DNA from: Squalus acanthias
Taxonomy: Eukaryota
Assembly: GCA_030390025.1 (NCBI GenBank)
Contig: CM059437.1
Location: 81,282,001-81,346,000 of the forward strand
DNA: 64,000 nt
Direction of reading: 5' to 3'
How positions within the stretch are numbered: position 1 is the first letter of the stretch; every line of letters starts with the position of its first letter. Positions 35,354 through 47,600 of this stretch are shown in pieces. The notes below the pieces were generated by a model. That model made no database searches. It saw nothing but the letters and a program-made list of their open reading frames with translations, and had not been told where the DNA came from. A program made the position numbers and the translations under genes.

Positions 35354-35627
35354 TCAATCCATCTCCTTGTCGACTGTTGGCAAACACAGCAACGCAGAAT
35401 CCCCTGATGCCACACAGTCAGGCTCTGCTTTGCTATTAGTCACTGGGTTTTCTTCAGCCAGTTTCTCTGCACCATTCGTCATTTCACCTGGGGCTGCAGT
35501 TCCGTTGACCGGTATCGGATCGTCTATCCCAATATCAGTGAGGGCTTTGGTCAGTCTCTGAGATGCCTGGATTTCTGCCAGAATTAGTTTACGCATTCTC
35601 TCCGTTGCTTTTTGCAGGGCAGATTTT
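35354..35627 (-). CDS. CLUH-like last coding exon
   Basis: (R)[25 protein letters not shown]...VDKEMD*; TTTTCAG acceptor, phase fits. Confidence 0.8.
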
Positions 35628-38600
35628 CTGAAAAGAACAATAAAGGCGACAAATGAGAGCAGGTGGGAAGAGGGACAGAAAAAGACTTGCATTTATATAG
35701 CGCCTTTCACGACCTCAGGACGTCCCAAAGCACTTTACAGCCAATTAAGTACTTTTTGAAGTGCAGTCACTGTTGTAATGTAGGAAGCGCAGCAGACAAT
35801 GTGCACAGCAAGCTCCCACAAACAGAAATGTGATGACCAGATAATTTATTTTATAGTGATGTTGATTGAGGGATAAATATTGACCAGGACACCAGGGATA
35901 ACTTCCCTGCTCTTCTTCGAAATAGTGCCATGGGATCTTTTACGTCCACCTGAGAGCAGACGGGGCCTCGGTTTAACGTCTCCTCTGATAAGACGGCACC
36001 TCCGACAGTGCAGCTCTCCCTCAGCACTGCACTGGAGTGTCAGCCTGGATTTTCGTGCTCAAGTCTCTGGAGTGGGACTTGAACCCACAACCTTCTGACT
36101 CAGAGGAGAGAATGGTACCAACTGAGCCATGGCTGACAATGACAGGGAGTCATTGCTGGTGAAGTATGTGGGTGACGAGAGAAGCATTAGGTCAACATCT
36201 GGGAGAATTGGGGGATTGAGACCAGGTGTCTGTTGAAGTAAACTAACTGGTTACACCAAAGTTCCACACACAATCAAAATAAGCCATGCGTATGACACTT
36301 GGCATCAAGGTGCACAGGGTATGTATATCCTAGACTGACAATACACAGTCTGCAATCTCTGGTAGTGGGAAGATACAGCTCCAGAGCTAGACAGAGCAAA
36401 ACCCTTAGAATCTGAGGAAGAGAGGAGAGATTTGTGCTTTCCAGGACAGAGTGGCTCTGGTACTTGGGTCAGACCTGTTTTGACAACACAGGGGTCAGTG
36501 ATGCAGATCCCATTGCATCCACTCATCCTCCCACCCCAAGGAGCTTTTTCCAATTGCTGTGCACAGTAGCTATCAATTGTAGAGATATTAGCAAGTAATT
36601 AACTGCACAGATTGAAATAGATTTGTATCTTTTGATTATCGATCTGTCACGCACCCCCTCTCACAATAGGCAAGAAGACAGGCTTGCACTTAAATTGCAC
36701 CTTTCACATCCTCAAGATGTTCCAAAGGTTCACAGCCAGCGAATTACGTCTGAAGTGTAGTCTCATTGTTGTTTTGTTGGCAAATGTGGCAGTCAGTGCG
36801 CACACAGCAATTTCCAACAACCATGAGAAAGAACAGTACCACAGGTAGTGATTTCATGAGGAACACACATATTTCTCGTGCATTTTCTACTCCCTTCCAC
36901 AGAAGCCAATTCCTTGCCGAGTATAGTTCTACAATCATTGGCTGCCCTCTGGTACATTCATGCGTCAGCCTAGAATGTTAGTGTTGGTAGGCCATTTGAC
37001 AGTGAAAGCACCACAGCCAAGATCACTCCCGACTTCAACACTTGCAGACTTCCAACAAGAGTCACAGGATAGTGATTGTGAGCAAAAACAAGGCATGATT
37101 TTCCTCTTCCTTGTGATGCAGGGGCCAATTAGAGCGTCCCCACCACTGCAGTGAGGTCAACTGTAACTGTTGGCCTCACTGAGATCAGCTAACTCAGCAC
37201 AGGCGAGGGATCTTCTCGTTTATAAAGGCTCAGCACCATTCTTGCCAGCAAACACCAAATGAGCCATCAGGGAGCAAAGTAAAGTGCTTTCACACCGTAA
37301 TGCCGCTCAGACATAAATTTTAAATTTCATAGGAAGGTCAAGTATTTCCAGTCCTCGATATAATTATCCATATCAATCTCTCTGCCAGTGTTCATAGATT
37401 GATGTTTGAATGTTCTTGCACGGATATAGTTCCCAGCTGCCAATTGACATTAATTCAGAATGGAACAATCTCTCGGGGAATATATGGCACTAATTCACAG
37501 AAACAGGAAGGGCAGGGTTACCTGGTATCAATGAGGACGATCCCATTTATTATGTTGAGCTGTTCCAGCAACATCTTGTTACTCAGGGGTGTGGTCTGAA
37601 AAAAGAAATGGGTGAGCTGTCAAGTATTGTCCTGTCTGCAAAGGGATATTCATTTAAATGGTTCTATTCTTATCTATCCAGTCGTAGCCAGAGAATCACC
37701 TGCAATGGCTTCTCTTCCCACTCCCGCACCATTACCTCTGGTGTCCCCCAAGGATCTATCCTTGGTCCCCTCCTATTTCTCACCAACATGCTGCACCTCG
37801 GCGACATCATCTGAAAACACAGCGTCAGTGTCCACATGTATGCTGACGACACCCAGCTCTACCTCACCACCACCTCTCTCGACCCCGCCACTCTCTCTAA
37901 ATTATCACATTGCTTGTCTGACATCCAGTACTGGATGAGCAGAAATTTCCTCCAACTAAATATTGGGAAGACCGAAGCCACTATCTTCGGTTCCCGTCAC
38001 AAACTCCATCCCTCTCCCTGGCAACTGTCCGAGGCTGAACCAGACTGTTTACAAACTTGTCCTATTTGACCCAGAGCTGAGCTTCCGACCACACATCCGC
38101 GCCATCACTAAGAACGCCTATTTTCACCTGCTTAACATTGCCGGACCCCCTGCCTCAGCTCATCTGCTGAAGCCCTCATCCATAAGAACATAAGAAATAG
38201 GAGCAGGAGTAGGCCAATCGGCCCCTCGAGCCTGCTCCGCCATTCAATAAGATCATGGCTGATCTGATCCTAACCGCCAATCTACTATCTATCACAGAAC
38301 CATCTCCTGCATCTAACAGAATTGCACACACGAAATAGGAGCAGAATCAGGCTACACGGTCCCTGGGCCCGCTCCACTACCCACAGGGCCATGACCGATC
38401 CGAACCTAGACTCATGTCCAAATTCCTGCCCGCTCCCCGTAACCCTTAATGCCCTTTACTTCTAGGAAACTGTCTATTTCTGTTTTAAATTTAATTAATG
38501 TTGTAGCTTCTACAGCTTTTTGTGGCAGCATATTCCATGGACCTACCACCCTCTGAGTGAAGTAGTTCCTCCTCATCTCAGTTTTGAAAGAGCAGCCCCT

Positions 38601-41600
38601 TATTCTAAGACTATGTCCCCTAGTTCTCGTCTCACCCGTCATCGGGAACATCCTCCCCGCATCCACCCGATCCAACCCCTTCACAATCTTATATGTTTCA
38701 ATAAGATCGCCTCTCATTCTTCTGAACTCCAATGAGTAGAGTCCCAATCTACCCAACCTCTCCTCATATGACCACCCCCTCATCCCCGGGATTAACCGAG
38801 TGAACCTTTTTTGCACTGCCTCGAGAGCAAGGATGTCTTTCCTTAAGTAAGGACACCAAAACTGTATGCAGTATTCCAGGTGCGGTCTCACCAATACCTT
38901 GTACAACTGAAGCAATACCTCCCTATTTTTATATTCTATCCCCCTAGCAATGAAAGCCAACATTCCATTTGCCTTCTTAATCACTTGCTGCACCTGCATA
39001 CTAACCTTTTGAGTTTCGTGCACCAGGACCCCCAGATCCCTTTGCACTTCAGTACTCTCCAGTTTCTTGCCATTAAGATAATAAATTGCTCTAGGATTTT
39101 TCCTGCCAAAGTGCATCACCTCACACTTTCCAGTGTTGTATTCCATCTGCCAAATCTCTGCCCACTTACTCAGCCTGTCTATGTCCCCTTGCAGGTTTTT
39201 TATGTCCTCCTCACTCACTACTTTCCCTCCCATCTTTGTATCATCTGCAAATTTTGATATGTTACACTTGGTCCCTTCCTCCAAATCGTTAATATAGATT
39301 GTTACCTCTAGACTTGACTATTCCAACACACTTCTGGCCAGCCTCCCACGTTCTACCCTCCGTAAACTTGTCATCCAAAATTCTGCTGCCCGTGTCCTAA
39401 CTCGCACCAAGTCCTGTTCACCAGTCACCCCTGTGCTCGCTGACCTACCTTGGCTACCAGTTAAACAACGCCTCGATTTTAAAATTCTCATCCTTGATTT
39501 CAAATCCCTCCATGGCCTCACCCTTCCCTATATCTGTAACCTCCATCCCTACAATCCTCCGAGATATCTCCGCTCCTCCAATTCTGGCCTCTTGAGCATC
39601 CCTGATTTTAATCGCTCCACCATTGGCGGCCATGCCTTCAAGCTGCCAAGGCCCTAAGCTCTGGAATTCCCTCCCTAATCCTCTCAACCTCTCTGAATAT
39701 TAAGGGATATGGGGATAGTGCAGGAAAGTGGAGATGAGGTAGATCAGCCATGATCTTATTGAATGGCGAAGCAGGCTCAAAAGGGCCAAATGGCCGACTC
39801 CTGCTCCTATTTCTTACCTCCCTCTCCTCCTTTAAGACATTCCTTAAAACCTACCTCTTTGACCAAGAATTTTCCTTAATATCTCGTGTGTGTGTGTCAA
39901 GTTTTGTTTGATAACGCTCCTGTGAAGCACGTTGGGATGGTTTACTACGTTAAAGGCACTATAGAAATACAAGTTGTTGTTGTAAAACTGGCAGAAAATC
40001 CTGCATAGTCAACTAATTAGCACCACCTTCCCATCACTGGATTTCAGCTTATAGAATAGTGACACGTAGTACTGACGATGACCAACCAGGTTTGGAGTCC
40101 TCACCAAGACACCCCTCCCCTGGGAACAGATTCTTGCACCTCGCAAGATCCGTGATCCGTACTAAAAAGAAATGGGAGGAAAGAGGTACTTTATCCCCTT
40201 GTATGCAAGTAAGGGGCACTGACCTGCACTGGAGGAAGATTGGCATTTGATCCTTTCTTGTAAATCTCATTCATGGTTCTCTGTAGGTTCACCGCCTGCT
40301 GAGTGACATGCTTCAGGAACTCAGAGCTCACTTTTGTCTTTTGGTGAGTCTCTCCAAGCTGTGTTGAAAATAAAAGTGCAAGAAAAATAGTCTGATTTAG
40401 TACTGCCACATTTCCATACAGTTGATAATCTAAAAACAGTTAATATTTTGGAGTTTTGCTGAAGTAGCTTTGCAACCAGTAATATTTATCTAGGTCTGTC
40501 TCTCGGCAGAGGAAATGAGTGGAGCAGAATGCTTGTGGTCCTGCGGAAGGAGAAGGCTTAATGGGCAAATGGCCTTTTCTTTTTGCATGGCTTTCTTGTG
40601 TTCTGGCAGTGGCAGATGCCACAATATAGAGTTTTAATTGCACGAAAGCTCTTTGTTCCCAGCAATAGAATCAACGGGTTAACAACCAATGTTCCCGCTA
40701 AGCTGCACGGTCACCTACAAGGTTCCGCGCAGGCCACTCACCGGCTTTTACACTGTAGATACCGCGCATGTGCAAAAATTTGAATAGGCCATGCAGGAGG
40801 CAGTGCAGTTTACGAGGGACATTGCTAACAACACTGTTGCCGCATGGTACCACTGCCTCTTAGGCGCCCATTGCCGCCATAACATAGGATTCCCATTTTG
40901 TCTATGCACTGCAACAGCGCAATGTGGATTCTTCGTTCCACTTCCCCCACACCAAAATCTTACCTAGAGTACAGCACAGACACAGGCCATTCGGCCCAAT
41001 TGGTCCATGCTCTACACGAGCCTCCTCCCACCCCTCTTCATCTAAACCTGCCTGCATATCCTTCTGTAGTGCACCATCTGGGAGGGAGAAATAAATTACC
41101 ATGTGCATCTCATCATGGCACATGCCTAACATTAGGGTCAGGGAATCGGGCGAGAGGGGAATGGGTGACTTGGACTAAGAAAATTAACCATCCTCCTGCA
41201 GTGCAACTCACTGTCAAATCCTTTCACTGACTATCACAGATTGTAATATAAAACAATTGAGTTAAGTGGGCAAAGTGTCCCTGCCTCTACCAAAGGGCGG
41301 GGTTGAGGCAGTGGAAAACTGTTTATGTACGCCTTGTACATAGATCCAAGGAATGAGAGTAGCTGGATGGACTGATAGTGTTACCTTGTATTTTATTGAG
41401 TGTAGTATGCTAAGGTAGCTCTCAAAAGATTCAATAAAAGGTTGGCTTGTGAGCCAAAGCTCTACAACACAGGGAGGAAGCGGCTTTGGAATAACTGACC
41501 TGAACCCTGTAGATGGTGTAGGCTTCCTTCTCGTGCTGCATAGCTGTTCGGAACTCTGCCTTGCTAGCGTAGACTTGGGCCACGAGGTGATAGCTGTACA

Positions 41601-44600
41601 GTTCAAACAAAAAAAACTAATTAGACATAAGTAGAGTTTAACTCATGACCTCTATCCTTCATGTGGGCCCTTGAATTTTGGTCCCTTTTCCAATGAAGCA
41701 TCAGTGGACTCCCTGCAATGTGGAACTTACCTGTAACATACTTGTTCAACGGCTCCTGCAGACTAGGTTCCAGCTGGGGGTGGGAGGGGTTAATTGTGGT
41801 CTATTAATGAACACGCCACATATTAAGATGAAACATTTTCATGCCACGTGATCACAATAACTTACAACTAAGTGAACAAACTTCAAATGAAAGAGGGAAA
41901 CAGCCAAATGCATCACAATGAACCCTTAACCACCCAACTGTTAGCTAGAACGGCCAAGGCACATCAGATTTTAAGATTTAGCAGCAATCAGGCCACTGTG
42001 CACTAGCAGGGCAAAAAACAATGCCGTATTTATTTACATCTTTAAACTTGGTTTGTGAGTTTTGTGCTTTTCAAGCAGAGGGCTGTCATTTAGGGCAGTT
42101 GAGAGTCAGCCCACAAGCCTTGGCCATCAAATTCTTACCCTCTAGTTTGTCTTATTTGAATTCCTTGGGCCTGGAGGTATGCCAATGGTTGTCCTTAGCA
42201 CTGTTCTCTCGTTGATCCAGCAGCTTGGGATATTTGCAAATTAATGGAAATTTTAACTTAACTTTACATAAAGCCTGTGAGCTCCGTGGTATGCACCAAT
42301 ATGGCCCACAAAAACCTTGGACACTGCTGATTTAGGGTGTCAGCAGCAAGCATTCCCAGGTCAGGTAAAGGTCAGTGCAGGCTTTGAATTCCTGCTCACT
42401 CCTCCATGGCACTACTTGAAGAAGAGCAGAGAAGTGCTCAGTGTCCTGATCAATATTTATTACTCAACCAACATCACTAAAAGACAGATGATTGGTCATG
42501 ATCTCATTGCTGTTTGTGGGACCTTGCTGTGTGCAAATTGTCTGCCATATTTCCCTACATTACAACAGTGGCTACACTTCCAACAGTACTTCATTGGCAG
42601 TTAAGTGTTTAGGGTGTCCTGAGATCATGAAAGCTGCTACATAAATGCAAATCCTTTCCTTTAAAGTTTACTGTACTCAGTAACAAGCCCAACCTCCGAC
42701 CAGCATGCCAATGCATCAGTTTGACACTTTTATAGCCATCCTGTGGCCTCCGAGTGAGACTGGCAATTAGGGGGAGCTTTGTTCTGTAGGCCCATACCCA
42801 CCAGGAACTAGACTGTGACCACTCAAACTAATTTTATGCAGGATCCTTGCAGCTAGTAGACAAGAAACTTTCATCCCATCAATCTGGGCTGGATTTGAAC
42901 TTGGGTCCCAGAGATAAAAAGGTCCGCATGTAAAGCATTTAGTTTTTAAAATAGAACTTGTAGCTGCTTTGAGATAGGAACACTTGTAAATTCTTTTACA
43001 ATAAAACAACAAAAAACTGTACACAGCTGACATGGAAATGTGCAAGATTATTGGGCAATTTGTATCCCGTTAATCCTAAAACAATTCTCAGTTAAGTTTT
43101 ATCAGGTACAGGCGGAGTGCTGTGCTGTGCTGTGCTGTACCGTACCTCAGAGCAGTCTCTAAAGCCTGGGGCCCATAATACTTGAGGTTTAATTCCAGAG
43201 CTTTCTGCAAGAATCGAATTGCGAGGTCACAATCCAGCGCAGCTTGGAGCATTAGGCCGATGTTACTCTGTATGTGGAGGAGGGGGGGGGGGAAACAAAG
43301 TTAATTTCACACTGACCAACTCCAAGTCCTGTCCGCTAGACACTCCCCTTTAAGATAATGAAGCTTCTACAGACTCTTTACTTATTTTCCCCTCCCGCCC
43401 GCCCACCCACCCAAATGTCCACATCCCAAAATGGCGATTGCAGTGCAATTCCAAGCTCAGTATTCCACCTCTGGAAGTGGGAAAAGTGAATGTGACACTC
43501 ACTTACTGTAATGTACCAATTGCATACATGATCATGTGAAACAGCTGCTGGGTAGATGTCAGTATATTATTAATTGTTGTTCATTTTGATTGGGCAATAA
43601 AACCGCAACCACCACAAAAATCTGAGTCATCTGCATGCGGCCCCTTAGCGACATCATCCGAAGATATGGCGTCAGGTTCCACATGTACGCAGATGTCAGC
43701 CAGCTCTACCTCTCTCTCGCTACCGCCTCCACTGGCTCGGTGTTGTCAGCCTTTATGTCGGACACCCAAGTCCTAGATAAGCCACAATTTCCTCCAGTTA
43801 AACATTGAGAAGAGCATAACCATCATCTTCAGCCCCCATCACAAATTCCGTACCCTCGTCACCGGTTCCCTCTCCGTCCGCAGCCACTGTCTCAGGTTGA
43901 AGCCGACTGGTCACAAATCTTGGTATCCTATTTGACGCCAAGCTGAAAATCCGACTCCATATCCTCTCCATTACAAAGAGCACCTGCTTCTACCCTCTAA
44001 CGTCACCCATCTCCGTCCCCGCCTCAGTGCATCTTCTGCTAAAACCCTCATCCATTCCTTGGTTACCTCCAGAATAGACGATTCCAATGCTCTCCTGGCC
44101 GGCTTCCCATCCTCCACCCTTGATAACCCTCAGCTTATCCAAAACTGCTGCCCATATCCCAAGTCACGATCACCCATCAATCTTGTGCTCATTGATTTAC
44201 ACTCACTCCCAGACCCCAACGCTTCCAATTTAAAATTCCCATCCTGGTGTTCAAATCACTTCATGACCTCACCTCTCCTGATCTCCAACACCTCCTCCAA
44301 CATAAGAACTTTGCATTCCCCCAATTCTGGCCTCTTGTGCATCCTTCACCCCACCATTGGCGACCATGCTGTCAGCTGTATAGGCCCTAAATGCTGGAAT
44401 TTCTTCCTCAAATTTTTCTGCCTCGCTCTCCTCCTTTGAGACCTTCCTTAAATCCTACCCTTTGACCATGCTTTTGTCATCCCTCCTAATTATCTCCTCC
44501 TTTGCCCCAGTGCCAATTTTTATCTCATTACACTTCTATGAAGTGCCTTGGAACTTTTTTTCTACAGTAAAGGTGCTATTTAAATGCAAGTCACACTGCT

Positions 44601-47600
44601 TTCCAGTTATGAAGTTGATAAAATGCCTGGTGGTGCCCAATTCGGGTGACTACCATCTTTAATCCTGGATTCCCCCCTAACCACCACCACCCACAAGAAC
44701 ACACACCAGGGAGCACTGCATTAAAACTCATTCCACCCCAAGGAAAACTGCCATTTACACACTTACATCAAGAACAGCTATTTCCGGGTGGTCTTCTCCA
44801 CTGACAGTGAGCATCAGGTAGCGAGCGCGGTACAGCAGCCTTAGCGCTGTTGAGACCTGGTTGTTAGCAAAGCAGTAGTGGCCCAGGCTGGCCTGTGAGC
44901 GGAAAACAATGGAAGGCAGTGATGAGCGTAACAGTTTCACCTCAATCTCCAACTAGGCAGGGAATCGGCTCCTTATTTCAAATCCAAAAGTAACCAACCA
45001 CATGCTCAAGCTACGTTGGAGACGGAGTAATGCATTGGCCAGAGCAAGGATATTATGCAGAGTTTAACAACGGCGGAGTGAATACTAATGAGGTTTGGCT
45101 ACAACGTGTAGAATAACGGAATTACTGGAGCCTAAGATGTTAATTGCTGTATTTTCTAGTTATTTACATTGTAATAGCTTTATCATCAACAGGAGCTTCT
45201 TGCCTCCAAGTCAGAGTTCCTGCATAAGCTGAATTAAATTGACAAACAACATCAAGCAGCAAGATACTAATACTGCCCATAGGATGCCAGTGTCTGAATG
45301 AATATCTTAACTGCAGGTTCCCTGGGGGTTTCACTAACATGATGACATGCACGCATCCCTGAGGGTTTCACGGACAAGAATTGTACGCATCCATCTTTGA
45401 CGATTTTATTGGCAATATAATCGCATAAATCGGTCTTTGCTGAATATAATGGAAACACAAACATGCCCCCATTCCCAGCAATTTCACCAGTAAAATAGAG
45501 AATTGTAGATAATTGCCAACCCGACCACATGCAGATGTCTTTCGTAACTTCACCAGAAACACTGTTGTACCAGGTTCAATTCCTGTTCTCTGTTGAGTTA
45601 GCGGATTTCAGCTGGGTGGTAAGTGAGGGTGTTACAATTGGCTTCAGCTCCCCTGGGTTAGCAGGGGGGGAAAAACTGGCTGTAGTTTCTGTTCCTGATC
45701 GCTATCTAGTAAAAATGCGTGTGCGTGTGTGTGTGTGTGAGAGAGAGAGCTAGAACTGTTCAGCTAGAACTGTTCAGCTGTGATGACGTCATGGTGAAAT
45801 AGCATGCCAATGCTAACTGTCTAGGTTTACAAAGAACGGCAGTTGGCCAAGGGTACCCAAATGTGTAAGCATACCGCAGCATAAGGTGGTGGCTTCAAGG
45901 TGAATTAAAAGGGGGAGAAAATTGATGCAAAAAGTTGGAGCAGAAAAAAAACCCCAAGAGATTACTCACATATTCACGGATGGTATTGGGGTGGTCAAAG
46001 CCGAGGATCCGCTCGCTGATGATTACAGCTTTCTGCTGGTTTTTTATAGCCTGTATAAGAGAAAAAATATTAGCAGACATCATAATTGAGAGATGCAGTG
46101 TAAAGGAATAGCCATATTTCAGAAAAATACACCAGCCTATGAAAGAATTTTGATTATTAAAACATGACAAACTGGGTTTAAAAATCTGGAAGCTTTAACA
46201 AGCTAAAGCTGTAAATACAGGCTTCTGAGATAAGATGAGTTGTTAACACAAAGCTGTAAACACCATACAAGATTTTGAAATGGGAACTGGTTGTTGATAC
46301 TGAAACAATGGCCCTGTTGAAGCAGCAGGGTTGGAGCTTCCAAGAAGTCTGCAGTTTGGAAAGAACATAATAGCTATACCCAGTTTAAAGTGTTATAAAC
46401 TAACACTTCAAACAGAAACACAGAACATTAAAGAACCAAACACTAATACAATAGCAAAATACTGCGGATGCTAGAAATCTGAAATAACAGAAAACGCTGG
46501 AAAAACTCAGCAGGCCAGGCAGCATTCGACCTGAAAAGTTAACTCTGTTTCTCTCTCCACGGATGCTGCCTGGCCTGCTGAGTTTTTCCAGCGTTTTCTG
46601 TTGTTATTTCAGATTAAAGAACCATATGCTTTCATAAATAGAATATCAAATGAAACAGGAGACATAATTCTTAGTACAACCAATTGAAGTGGCTAGGGGG
46701 ACAAAGAGATACCCGGTTGAAGTGTTTTTAATTTACATGTTGTAAAAAAGATACAACCAGAAGACGTTCATAAATATGACATCAATAGATGCACCAAGCA
46801 ATCACATTGTGTTTGTATTGAACTTGGAACAGTTAGGAGACACGACGTCTGCTTATAACCAGCTGAGGTGATTTAAGAATTGAATAGAGGACCTTCGTAA
46901 GAATGCCATCAAATAGATACATCAGTTATAACCGTTTTTTATAAGTTTCGAACACCTACACTGCAGACACAAGTCTGCAAGCTAACAGCTGAACTGACAG
47001 TAAGAATAAGAAGTCAACAGAAATATAACTAGAGATAATTAGCTTACATCAGCAGAAAACTTCAAATGATATACCACTGAAAAAAGGGTATAAAATATGG
47101 GACTTTCAAATAGGAAAACAGAATTCGCTGGAAGGGGCAAGCGATTCTCAACTTCAGAGGCAAGCTCTGTAAGTTTACAACTCTTTGAGTCTCGGGTGAT
47201 CAAAGGTACTTGTATTTGATTTTGGTGGATATCCTGGATTAAGAATAAGTAGAAATGTAAAAATGAAACGAAGTTAAGATTTGAGAATAAGGATCTCTGA
47301 GAATAAGAAATGTCAGCTATTTGTATTTTGAACTGTTAATGTTGCGACTGAATCACCAGCTGTAAACTACATGTCGGTTCTTTAATAAATCTATATATTT
47401 TTAGAATTGTCTCACATAGTACTTCTGTATCAAACTCAATCTCTGTACACTCTTTGGTGAGGAGTTGCAGAATTCTGGGGAGTTTTCTGGACCCTCATAA
47501 TATCCGGAAGGTTACAGTCTAGTTAAACTTATTAAAAGTGCTATCTGGAGGGCAGTAACATCTTCAAGTCATTCCTTTCCTTTAGGGAGAGATAGTCTGG

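Noticed and set aside
38412-39284. 290-aa ORF as a host gene
   Set aside because: 5'-truncated CR1 ORF2 C-terminus
45717-45780. (GT)n(GA)n microsatellite plus 14-bp tandem duplication
   Set aside because: Ordinary slippage products within an old SINE
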